IMG/VR virus record: IMGVR_UViG_3300011253_000436
Span: 1-50,285 of that record
Strand: one strand, 5' to 3'
Source of the DNA: a virus
Taxonomy: Duplodnaviria > Caudoviricetes
DNA length: 50,285 nt
Shown in pieces: positions 38,218-45,606 of this stretch (position 1 is the stretch's first letter; each line of letters begins with the position of its first letter). The position numbers and the translations under genes are program-made. The notes beneath the pieces were generated by a model that was not told where the DNA came from, ran no database searches, and worked only from the letters and a program-made list of their open reading frames with translations.

Positions 38218-38296
38218 GGTTATAGCCTCTAGTTAAGGTATTAAGGGTTATATAGGGTATCGCCCCCGCAAGGGGGGCTTATTTATATCATGGATA

Positions 38297-38644
38297 TTAA
38301 ACGGTGTCAATCGACCCGTCAGGATACAGTTCTACACCGTCGCCCAAATAGACAGGAAAGCCGTCTTCTACGCAGAGATCATTATACATCTCTACATACT
38401 CGTCGGTCTCTCCTTCAGTGTCTTTTTTAGTTTCACTTTCCTCCGTAAACGGGTTGGTCATCTTTTTGAGCAGTTCGTTAAGCTCCTGAATGTATTTTTC
38501 CGCCTCCTCCATAGTAAGAAAGAAGGCTGCCGATGCGTCATTTAAAGCATCTAAACCCTGAGTATACTGCCACTCTAAGTCTTCAATATAACTCATTACT
38601 GCCCCAATAAGATTATCTTCTTGCAGTTCGTCGAGATTTAGCAT
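38297..38644 (-). CDS. Hypothetical acidic protein
   Basis: ATG 38644 after a GGGGAG RBS; C-terminal VYLGDGV..YPDG motif. Confidence 0.65.
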   Translation of the reverse strand: MLNLDELQEDNLIGAVMSYIEDLEWQYTQGLDALNDASAAFFLTMEEAEKYIQELNELLKKMTNPFTEESETKKDTEGETDEYVEMYNDLCVEDGFPVYLGDGVELYPDGSIDTV

Positions 38645-38892
38645 GGCTCCCCTCCACTGAGAGCAAACATAAGCTCCCACGCTACGTCTGTAGCTTCTAG
38701 CCTGACCATTTCAGAGCTAACGTCAGTCTCGCCGTTACGGACTCTGTAGCCAACGATACGCAGCTTACCGGCATCGTCGGTGAACATATTTAAGTCGAGC
38801 GTGACCCCATTCAAAGACATCTCAAACCATTCGTCAATAGACTCTGGCTCTAAGGACACCTCATTGGCGCATTTAGGACATACTTTAATCAT
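38638..38892 (-). CDS. Hypothetical protein (CxxC)
   Basis: 84 aa, AAGGAGAG RBS. Confidence 0.65.
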   Translation of the reverse strand: MIKVCPKCANEVSLEPESIDEWFEMSLNGVTLDLNMFTDDAGKLRIVGYRVRNGETDVSSEMVRLEATDVAWELMFALSGGEPC

Positions 38893-38946
38893 TTCTCTCT
38901 CCTTAATTCATACAATTTAAGTTAGTGTTATTGCTAAGTTGACTGA

Positions 38947-39282
38947 TCATAACGAACCACCGCTGGCGTGCTTATCATTCCAGCGGTTGTTTACTAGTGT
39001 TCGCTTGTTATCCTGTATTATATCAATGGCGCATTGGGTGGCGTTGAATAGCTCGCGCTTAGTCTTTGCCTTATAGACTGTAATACTTTCTAAATGCGCG
39101 CCTATAATAAGCCATTGCCTTAACTCATAATAAGCACCTAATTGTATTAGGTATTTACCGCGTTCCGGTATATCGCTATGTATAGACTCCTGTAGCCTAT
39201 ATTCACTCAATACATTTAGCTCTCGCGCTTGTGCGTGCAAATTGATGATTTTAATTCTATCACTCATAATTGTACTCTCCAT
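38947..39282 (-). CDS. Hypothetical protein
   Basis: Up to 111 aa; the start may be the internal MSDRIK codon. Confidence 0.55.
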   Translation of the reverse strand: MESTIMSDRIKIINLHAQARELNVLSEYRLQESIHSDIPERGKYLIQLGAYYELRQWLIIGAHLESITVYKAKTKRELFNATQCAIDIIQDNKRTLVNNRWNDKHASGGSL

Positions 39283-39569
39283 ACTGTTTTTAATTCATCT
39301 TTGGTAGCTAATTGGTGGGTGGTAGCCCCGTTCACCTTGCCCCGATATACCCGTAACTGATTAGGAGCAAAGTTAGGGTTAGTAGTGTGAAAGTACACTT
39401 GAAAGTTCACCACTAGATCCAGTGGGTACTTGCCTTGCTTATACGCTTCGCAGTAGGTATCCAGTATCTTCTGGCTATGCTTTATGCCTCTACTGATAAA
39501 GTTAGCAGCGCGTGAGCCGTAGTGGCTCCCGTCTGCGTAGTAAACGTCAAAGACGCAATAGTTATTCAT
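39264..39569 (-). CDS. Hypothetical protein
   Basis: 101 aa, GAGGA RBS. Confidence 0.6.
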   Translation of the reverse strand: MNNYCVFDVYYADGSHYGSRAANFISRGIKHSQKILDTYCEAYKQGKYPLDLVVNFQVYFHTTNPNFAPNQLRVYRGKVNGATTHQLATKDELKTVWRVQL

Positions 39570-39571
39570 TT

Positions 39572-39718
39572 TTAATCCTCTACAGTGGTGTAGTACTTGA
39601 GTTTATCCGAAGCTATCAACTCCGTTAGGTGAGCATACAGTTGCTCTTTTAATTGCGCGTCACTCTCAACATCAAAGGGGTCAAATTCAAATTTAATTAC
39701 TACTTTTTGTAAGTCCAT
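39572..39718 (-). CDS. Hypothetical 48-aa protein (not in ORF track)
   Basis: MDLQKVVIKFEFDPFDVESDAQLKEQLYAHLTELIASDKLKYYTTVED; GAGGTGA RBS. Confidence 0.6.
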   Translation of the reverse strand: MDLQKVVIKFEFDPFDVESDAQLKEQLYAHLTELIASDKLKYYTTVED

Positions 39719-39721
39719 TAC

Positions 39722-40027
39722 TCACCTCGCCAAATCAAAAAAGTCGCCGTCGATAATATCTTGCTGCACCTCTTCTAGTAGCCACTCTAAGTGCGCGTCT
39801 AAGCTAAACTCAGGATCAACTACTACGGCGCTCTTGGGTATGTAAACTGACTTTTCTTCGGCGGTACTAACCGAACCCCGTTCGGCAATGATGCTATTAC
39901 CTAGAAAATAGACGTTACATTCTAGCCAGTCTTTATCTCCGGCCTCAGTAGCTATTTCTACCTCAAAAATAGGTAAGCAGTCTGACTCGTTTAGTTCCGC
40001 TTGCAGCTTTTTTGTGTGAATGTGCAT
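39722..40027 (-). CDS. Hypothetical acidic protein, first gene of the leftward operon
   Basis: 101 aa, GAGAGAG RBS. Confidence 0.65.
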   Translation of the reverse strand: MHIHTKKLQAELNESDCLPIFEVEIATEAGDKDWLECNVYFLGNSIIAERGSVSTAEEKSVYIPKSAVVVDPEFSLDAHLEWLLEEVQQDIIDGDFFDLAR

Positions 40028-40268
40028 TTTAGTACTCTCTCTCGATTAATAGGATCTCTCAACGAATACAGAGTATCTCTTGCCACTATTTGTATGTCTA
40101 ATTTACTTCGTGAATGTAAGGTATTCATTAAAATGATAAAGGTGAGCTAACTACATACGGTTTAATCGTGAAGTACACAATATAAGGTAAAAACATAGCT
40201 AAATCAGGTAGTTACGTTACAAAAATAAGACACTTAACTACAACACACCCCGTTTTTCGCACTAATAC

Positions 40269-40297
40269 TTGCTTTATGGGTGAACTACGTTTAGTCT
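40269..40297 (+). promoter_or_regulatory. Sigma70-like promoter P1
   Basis: TTGCTT-17 nt-TAGTCT upstream of 40332. Confidence 0.55.
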
Positions 40298-40331
40298 AGC
40301 CGCCTTACTTAAATCGGACGGAGCACCAACA

Positions 40332-40538
40332 ATGCCAACAGACTACGAACTTATGCAAGCAAAGAAGAGCGGGCGTGATGAAAGCCTAAAAGTACTGAAC
40401 ATGAACACAACTGAGCTAACCGCTCTGGTGAGCTACTGTTACACCTTAACTCATGGCGATAAGGCTATTTTTAAGGATAGCGTGACCCCATTAGACGTAC
40501 TGGGTGAGCTAAAAGATATAACGCGGGTGAACGCGTGA
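40332..40538 (+). CDS. Hypothetical early protein
   Basis: 68 aa, GGAG RBS, downstream of P1. Confidence 0.6.
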   Translation: MPTDYELMQAKKSGRDESLKVLNMNTTELTALVSYCYTLTHGDKAIFKDSVTPLDVLGELKDITRVNA

Positions 40539-40546
40539 ACTAGCTA

Positions 40547-40575
40547 TAGACAACGGGTGAGCCTTGCTATATAGT
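40547..40575 (+). promoter_or_regulatory. Sigma70-like promoter P2 with no ORF before the next terminator
   Basis: TAGACA-17 nt-TATAGT. Confidence 0.6.
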
Positions 40576-40581
40576 ATCCCC

Positions 40582-40646
40582 TAAATTAAAGCACCTTGAG
40601 TGCTCTCTCCCCCCCTCATGCCGGCCTAATCCTCCGGCTTTTTTTT
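40582..40646 (+). ncRNA. Candidate ~65-nt small RNA
   Basis: Bounded by P2 and a terminator; AGCAC/GUGCU hairpin followed by a CU-rich anti-SD-like tract. Confidence 0.4.
40620..40646 (+). terminator. Rho-independent terminator
   Basis: GCCGG-9 nt-CCGGC-T8. Confidence 0.8.
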
Positions 40647-40679
40647 GCCTGACTGTTTTATCGTATATAAAAAAAATAC

Positions 40680-40707
40680 TTGCAATTACTTTGCATGGTG
40701 CTAGTAT
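40680..40707 (+). promoter_or_regulatory. Sigma70-like promoter P3 with A-tract UP element and extended -10
   Basis: TTGCAA-16 nt-TAGTAT with TG two bases upstream of the -10. Confidence 0.55.
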
Positions 40708-40741
40708 TTAATCTCATCTTAATAAACGGGAGTTATTAAAT

Positions 40742-41422
40742 ATGAATTACTCATTGCATCAACCTAGCACCGGCAACAAGGTTTCCCCCATATACCGAAC
40801 GTATTCTCATAAAGACACTTGCCCCAATACTTGCCCATTAAAGGCCGGCGGCGGCTGTTACGCTGAAAATTTTCACACTAACCTACATTGGGATAAGGTA
40901 ACCAAAGGCGAGCGCGGCGTTAACTGGGATTCATTCCTTGAAGCTGTCGACGATATACCGCGCCGGTCAACTGTACGTCATAACATAGGCGGCGACCTGC
41001 CACACAATAGTGGCGCGATAGATTCCGATAATATGGCCGCGTTAACTAAGGCGATAACTAGTCGCAATAAAACCGGCTTCACTTATACGCACCACCAACT
41101 AACCGAGCACAATACCGCCGAGTTATTAAAGGCGAATAAAGCCGGCTTCACTGTTAACGTGAGCGCCAACAATACCGCCGAAGCTGTCCGGATACATAAG
41201 CATACTGGTTTACCGGTTGCAACCTTGCTTCCAATGGATGCGCCTAACGTCCAAACTATAGACGGCGTTAAAATTGTGGCTTGTCCGGCGGAAAAGTCAA
41301 AGCGCGTGACTTGTGCCACTTGTGCGGATTCTTTTTGTGCGGCGCGTGAACGTGATTTTATAGTAGGTTTCCGCGCTCATGGCTCAAAAAAGAAAAACGC
41401 CGACCTTATAGCTAGCGCGTGA
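40742..41422 (+). CDS. Cys-rich phage protein (Gp88-like; radical-SAM-like Cys cluster)
   Basis: TCPNTCPL...GCYA, RHNIGGD, FTYTH, CPA...CATC....C. Confidence 0.65.
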   Translation: MNYSLHQPSTGNKVSPIYRTYSHKDTCPNTCPLKAGGGCYAENFHTNLHWDKVTKGERGVNWDSFLEAVDDIPRRSTVRHNIGGDLPHNSGAIDSDNMAALTKAITSRNKTGFTYTHHQLTEHNTAELLKANKAGFTVNVSANNTAEAVRIHKHTGLPVATLLPMDAPNVQTIDGVKIVACPAEKSKRVTCATCADSFCAARERDFIVGFRAHGSKKKNADLIASA

Positions 41423-41476
41423 GCGTGAGCAATTTAATACCGTATAGGTGAGCGTGAGCATACAAAACAGATAATA

Positions 41477-41505
41477 AGGCCGTATTAATAGTGCGGCTTT
41501 TTTTT
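41477..41505 (+). terminator. Rho-independent terminator
   Basis: ggccgtat-taata-gtgcggct followed by a T tract. Confidence 0.8.
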
Positions 41506-41581
41506 GCCTTTAATATCATACATATACGCGCCCGCGCCCGCTCTTTATAGGGTTTTTTTTGGTTTATTCGTATGGATTAAC

Positions 41582-41609
41582 TTGCAATATCCTTAGCAGC
41601 TACTATACT
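41582..41609 (+). promoter_or_regulatory. Sigma70-like promoter P4
   Basis: TTGCAA-16 nt-TATACT. Confidence 0.6.
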
Positions 41610-41679
41610 AACTAGGCTTAATTAATAAGCGCCGGTTTACCGCGCCGGATTTTCGCGGCTTTAAATGGGATTAACTATA

Positions 41680-42657
41680 ATGAAATACACTAACCAAACT
41701 AATAACGTATTAAACCTTTTTGCTAACGATTCAGAAAACGCGCCGGCAATTAATCTGCCATGCTTAGATGATACCGGCTTTAATGCTGAGTTCGATTCCG
41801 TCCGACGGGATAGCACCGGCGAATTGATAAGCCGCGACGATCTACAAACAATTTGGCGCGGTGATAATGGCGCATACCTTGGTCATGCAAAGGGGCGCTA
41901 TCACATAGTCCAAAATGCTAGCCTATTCCAAGCGCTTAATGAAGCCGCTAAAAATACGCTAAATGTCCGCGAGATAGAAAGCGCTATTCTAACCGAAAAG
42001 ACTAGCGACGACGGCGCTTTCTCTAGCGTTCAATACCGCATTCCCGCAATGCGCGAAACCATTGGGTATGCCAACGGTAATCACACTGAAATAGATTTTA
42101 CTATCGGTTTTATTAATTCCTTTGACGGTAGCACGTCCGTTAAAATGCGCTTCGGCTGCTATGACCTTGTATGCCTTAACGGTTTAGTGCTCGGCGAATT
42201 TGAACAAGCTACAGGCCGCCATACAGCCGGCATCAATATCGCTAGGCTGGGCGCTTTTATTGCAGATGGTATAACCGGTTATAAGAATAATATCCGCGCC
42301 ATTAAAAATATGGCCGCGTCTCCTTTAACTAAACAACAGGCGCATCAATGGCTATTGGATAACGTAGGCTGCAAAGCCGGCGAAGGTAACGAAAAAACGC
42401 TGAACCGCCTAGGCGAATCGCTCTATAATCAGTTTAAGTATGAAGCGACAAGCGCGGAATTTAATCGCGGTTTTAATGTATTTGCTTTACATAGTGCACT
42501 AACGTACTACGCTAGCCATAACGATGCCGATAGCGGCTTCACTGTACGCGCTAGCGGTTCAAGTGATAACGAAGCGAAAAGCCTAGACAAGCGCGGCGAA
42601 AAGGTGCGCCGTCTAATCAGTCGCGATTCGTTCACCGATTTAGTCATAGCGGCTTAA
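41680..42657 (+). CDS. DUF932/DUF945-family protein
   Basis: R.D....LG....RY.IVQN, NSFDGS, LVCLNGL, RHT and ALTYYASH motifs. Confidence 0.8.
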   Translation: MKYTNQTNNVLNLFANDSENAPAINLPCLDDTGFNAEFDSVRRDSTGELISRDDLQTIWRGDNGAYLGHAKGRYHIVQNASLFQALNEAAKNTLNVREIESAILTEKTSDDGAFSSVQYRIPAMRETIGYANGNHTEIDFTIGFINSFDGSTSVKMRFGCYDLVCLNGLVLGEFEQATGRHTAGINIARLGAFIADGITGYKNNIRAIKNMAASPLTKQQAHQWLLDNVGCKAGEGNEKTLNRLGESLYNQFKYEATSAEFNRGFNVFALHSALTYYASHNDADSGFTVRASGSSDNEAKSLDKRGEKVRRLISRDSFTDLVIAA

Positions 42658-42888
42658 CTGTTAAGGAGGTGGAGTATGAGTAAGTGGTATAAGGTAACAA
42701 CAGTGTGTGAAGTGTACACAGACTATGTTGTGTGGGCGGATAGTGACTACGATGCGCGCATAAAAATGTACGACCAAGAGCATACGTATGAGGGCGATGA
42801 GTATGGCTACAAGAATGAAGAAGTAACTGATGTAGTGGAGGTGGGTAAATGAGCAACAATTATCTAATCTTAGCGGCTTAACTGTTAA
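42647..42888 (+). repeat. 18-bp direct repeats TAGCGGCTTAACTGTTAA (42647-42664 and 42871-42888) flanking a small gene
   Basis: Exact match read from the sequence. Confidence 0.9.
42676..42852 (+). CDS. 58-aa protein, Y-x-V...V-x-A-x-S family (not in ORF track)
   Basis: MSKWYKVTTVCEVYTDYVVWADSDYDARIKM...; AAGGAGGT RBS. Confidence 0.75.
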   Translation: MSKWYKVTTVCEVYTDYVVWADSDYDARIKMYDQEHTYEGDEYGYKNEEVTDVVEVGK

Positions 42889-42890
42889 CC

Positions 42891-42918
42891 GGCGGCGCTA
42901 ACATAGGCCGCCTTTTTT
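42891..42918 (+). terminator. Rho-independent terminator
   Basis: ggcggc...gccgcc followed by a T tract. Confidence 0.75.
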
Positions 42919-42948
42919 CTCTCTCTTATTAATACGGATTAATTAAAT

Positions 42949-43362
42949 ATGAATACTCAAACTTTTATAGAAACGGGATCAACCTTATCGCTCACAATAG
43001 ACGGCGGCTCACTTGAAGTACGCGCCGGTGCTACTGATGCGTTTTTGTCGCTATGGTTAGATTGCGACGACGCTAGCGAATCCCGCAATAATTTAACTGG
43101 CTTTATTCGCGCCAAGGAAGCCAGCCTTAATAACGTCATGCGTACTGGCGGTTTTAGCGTTTTGGATTATAACCTAGGCGAATTTAATCTAAGTGAGTAC
43201 GATTGCCGAGTAACAATACCGGCCATTTTATTGTGGTTTCATGGTCGCGATTTTAACGACGAATTAAACCGGCTGCATAATGTATACAGTGAGTTCGCGC
43301 CGGCAATTGACTTAACCGGTATAACTTTGCCCCACCCATGGCGGCCAATATCGGCGGGGTAA
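42949..43362 (+). CDS. Hypothetical early protein
   Basis: 137 aa, RBS-like ACGGA, followed by a terminator. Confidence 0.6.
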   Translation: MNTQTFIETGSTLSLTIDGGSLEVRAGATDAFLSLWLDCDDASESRNNLTGFIRAKEASLNNVMRTGGFSVLDYNLGEFNLSEYDCRVTIPAILLWFHGRDFNDELNRLHNVYSEFAPAIDLTGITLPHPWRPISAG

Positions 43363-43397
43363 TTATTAACCGCTATCTTTGCTAGCTGTACCATTTA

Positions 43398-43424
43398 GCC
43401 GCCTTAATTGTGCGGCTTTTTTTT
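43398..43424 (+). terminator. Rho-independent terminator
   Basis: agccgc-cttaattgt-gcggct followed by a T tract. Confidence 0.8.
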
Positions 43425-43791
43425 GCCCTATTGTTAGCGGCTAGGTAAACGTGTAGGCCGTCCGGTAGTATAGGCCGGTAGGGTAGATTAAAGTTATTCT
43501 TTTTGTTAGCTGTAGGGTGCACTCACGCGCTCTCACACTCGCCCGCCGGTATTGTCTACCGCTAGAATTCCCTAAAATAAACCGCGCATTATTCCCACAA
43601 TATACCCGTTCGATATACCGTTAGATGAATTTAACGCGGACGCTAGAAAGGCCGTAAACGTAGGCGGGGCGCGGCTTGCAGGGGCGGGATTGGGACAGGG
43701 GGGGTATGGGCGTTAGCGTATACAAGGCTGTACATAGATTAGAAAATACGAACTGTAAAGGTCAGGAGCACAGAAAGGACGGCAGGGAGGC

Positions 43792-43820
43792 TTGACGGGC
43801 TGTCAATAAGGTGGTATATA
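43792..43820 (+). promoter_or_regulatory. Sigma70-like promoter with a TTGAC-N5-GTCAA dyad over the -35
   Basis: TTGACG-17 nt-TATATA with an extended TG. Confidence 0.6.
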
Positions 43821-43906
43821 GTGCTTTTAGTGGGCAACTGCTAAACGCTACTAGTACCTGCACAGGGGGTATTGGTTAGATACTACAAAGGAATACACAC
43901 TCACCT

Positions 43907-44269
43907 ATGAACGATAAGGGCCAACAAGTAGAACTAGAGTTAACCGGGACAGACTTTGATCTGACAGTACCAGTATACGTGGAAGCAGATGCTGAATTAG
44001 ACCAAGCGGGCGATATTAACATGGTCATGTATATGTTTGTAGGTGACAGTGATGAAGCCTGCTCAGAAAACCGAGTATCTCTTACCCAGATCTTTAACAG
44101 GTGGGTAGATCACTATTTAACCACAGAGGTAGGGTACAATCATCTGTATTCTCTGTCGGATTCGTTACGAGAGATTGCTAATAATATGCAAGATGCGGCC
44201 AACAGTATTAAGGAGTTGACGATCCCGGTAGAAGACTATGAGGATGATGTAGATGAATACATGGAGTGA
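43907..44269 (+). CDS. Hypothetical acidic protein
   Basis: 120-aa ORF downstream of the promoter. Confidence 0.65.
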   Translation: MNDKGQQVELELTGTDFDLTVPVYVEADAELDQAGDINMVMYMFVGDSDEACSENRVSLTQIFNRWVDHYLTTEVGYNHLYSLSDSLREIANNMQDAANSIKELTIPVEDYEDDVDEYME

Positions 44270-44672
44270 GAAAGAATTAAGCCAGTATGACCCACAAGAC
44301 CTACTAGATTTCTGTATTAAGCAGAAATTGTCTACTTCCCTAGCTCATATCAAGTATAAATGCCAGAAAGATGGTATTCCGTTTGATTTAGAGCTACTTG
44401 ACCTAGAACCATACCCTGTATTCTGCCCTGTATTGGAAGTAACGCTGGATTGGACCAAGGTTGGGCAGGGATCTTCTAACTCTAGCCCGTCAATTGACCG
44501 TATAGACCCTAAAATGGGGTACGTTAGGGGTAATTGTAGGATAATTAGTGCAAAAGCCAACCGATTAAAGAACGACGGTACGGCTGAAGAGTTCATTTCA
44601 GTACTTAAATACATGAAAGATAACGAAAATGGCTACGATCTATGCCCTCCAAGGCAAGATAAACTATGCTAA
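44253..44672 (+). CDS. HNH-like endonuclease
   Basis: CPVL..SPSIDRIDPKMGYVRGNCRIISAKANRLK. Confidence 0.75.
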   Translation: MNTWSEKELSQYDPQDLLDFCIKQKLSTSLAHIKYKCQKDGIPFDLELLDLEPYPVFCPVLEVTLDWTKVGQGSSNSSPSIDRIDPKMGYVRGNCRIISAKANRLKNDGTAEEFISVLKYMKDNENGYDLCPPRQDKLC

Positions 44673-44716
44673 TTGTAAAATAATTAACTAATTTGAATTA
44701 AATAGCAGTTTAGGTA

Positions 44717-44745
44717 TTGACTTTTAGTCATAAACATGATATTGT
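44717..44745 (+). promoter_or_regulatory. Sigma70-like promoter for the packaging/late operon with a TTGAC-N5-GTCAT dyad
   Basis: TTGACT-17 nt-TATTGT with an extended TG, within an AT-rich region. Confidence 0.6.
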
Positions 44746-44883
44746 TTTAATATCTTTTATAGGATATGTAATAAGTAAATTTCCTGTAAGATATATAGTA
44801 TAATACATAGAATAGTTATCTAGATAACTTACTATATATATACTAATAAAATAATAAGATATTTACACTAAAAGGGGATACCT

Positions 44884-45213
44884 ATGGCTATGAATCCTAC
44901 TAGCCGTTCAGTCAAGAAAGGCTTGCCTGCCAGAATGAAAAAGCCTACTAAGAGGCCTGCACCTACGGCAACTCCGTCTGCAAGACGGCGGCCAATGGCG
45001 GCTCCTAAAGCCCAGCCAGCAGCACCTCGTCCTGTAGCTAGACGACCAGCACAGCCTACTCAAAGAGCTATGCCACAATCTATGCCTACAGCAAGACCTA
45101 TGGCGCGTCCAGCGATGCAGCCTAGACCTACTATGACAAGACAGCCTGTACAACGTCCTGCGGTTAGACCTACAGCGAGACGACCAGTACAGCCTACTCG
45201 AAGAATGCGATAG
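44884..45213 (+). CDS. Pro/Arg-rich basic disordered protein
   Basis: AGGGGA RBS; no Asp, Glu or aromatic residues; ends 3 nt before TerS. Confidence 0.7.
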   Translation: MAMNPTSRSVKKGLPARMKKPTKRPAPTATPSARRRPMAAPKAQPAAPRPVARRPAQPTQRAMPQSMPTARPMARPAMQPRPTMTRQPVQRPAVRPTARRPVQPTRRMR

Positions 45214-45216
45214 CTT

Positions 45217-45606
45217 ATGGCTGACGAAAAGAAATACACTGAGAAGCAAGAAGCCTTCCTAGAAGCCCTGTGTGGCGACGCTAGAGGTTCCATAAGAGAA
45301 GCTATGAACATAGCGGGCTATTCTTCTCAGACACGCACTAAAGAGGTCGTAGAGCCTCTCAAAGATGAAATTGTAGAACGAGCTAGTACGATGCTTGCAA
45401 TGAATGCCCCTAGAGCGGCTTTTTCGTTGACAGGTGTCCTAGTAGACCCTTCTCAGGTGGGAGCCAGAAATGCTGTTGCGGCTGCAACGCAGGTACTAGA
45501 TCGTGTAGGTCTGGTTAAAAAAGAAAAGATAGAAGTGTCTACCTCTACTGGTGGCATCTTTATCTTACCCCCTAAAGAAGTCGTGAATGAGCAAATGGAA
45601 GAATAA
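45217..45606 (+). CDS. terS: Terminase small subunit
   Basis: TEKQEAFL..A..IAGYS HTH and VLDRVGL..GGIFILPPK motifs; upstream of TerL. Confidence 0.75.
   Translation: MADEKKYTEKQEAFLEALCGDARGSIREAMNIAGYSSQTRTKEVVEPLKDEIVERASTMLAMNAPRAAFSLTGVLVDPSQVGARNAVAAATQVLDRVGLVKKEKIEVSTSTGGIFILPPKEVVNEQMEE

Noticed and set aside
40028-40331. tRNA or attP site in the intergenic region
   Set aside because: No cloverleaf or T-loop consensus is visible and no integrase is encoded.
42644-42859. Minus-strand 71-aa His-rich ORF
   Set aside because: Antisense to the 42676-42852 gene, which has a strong RBS and paralogues.
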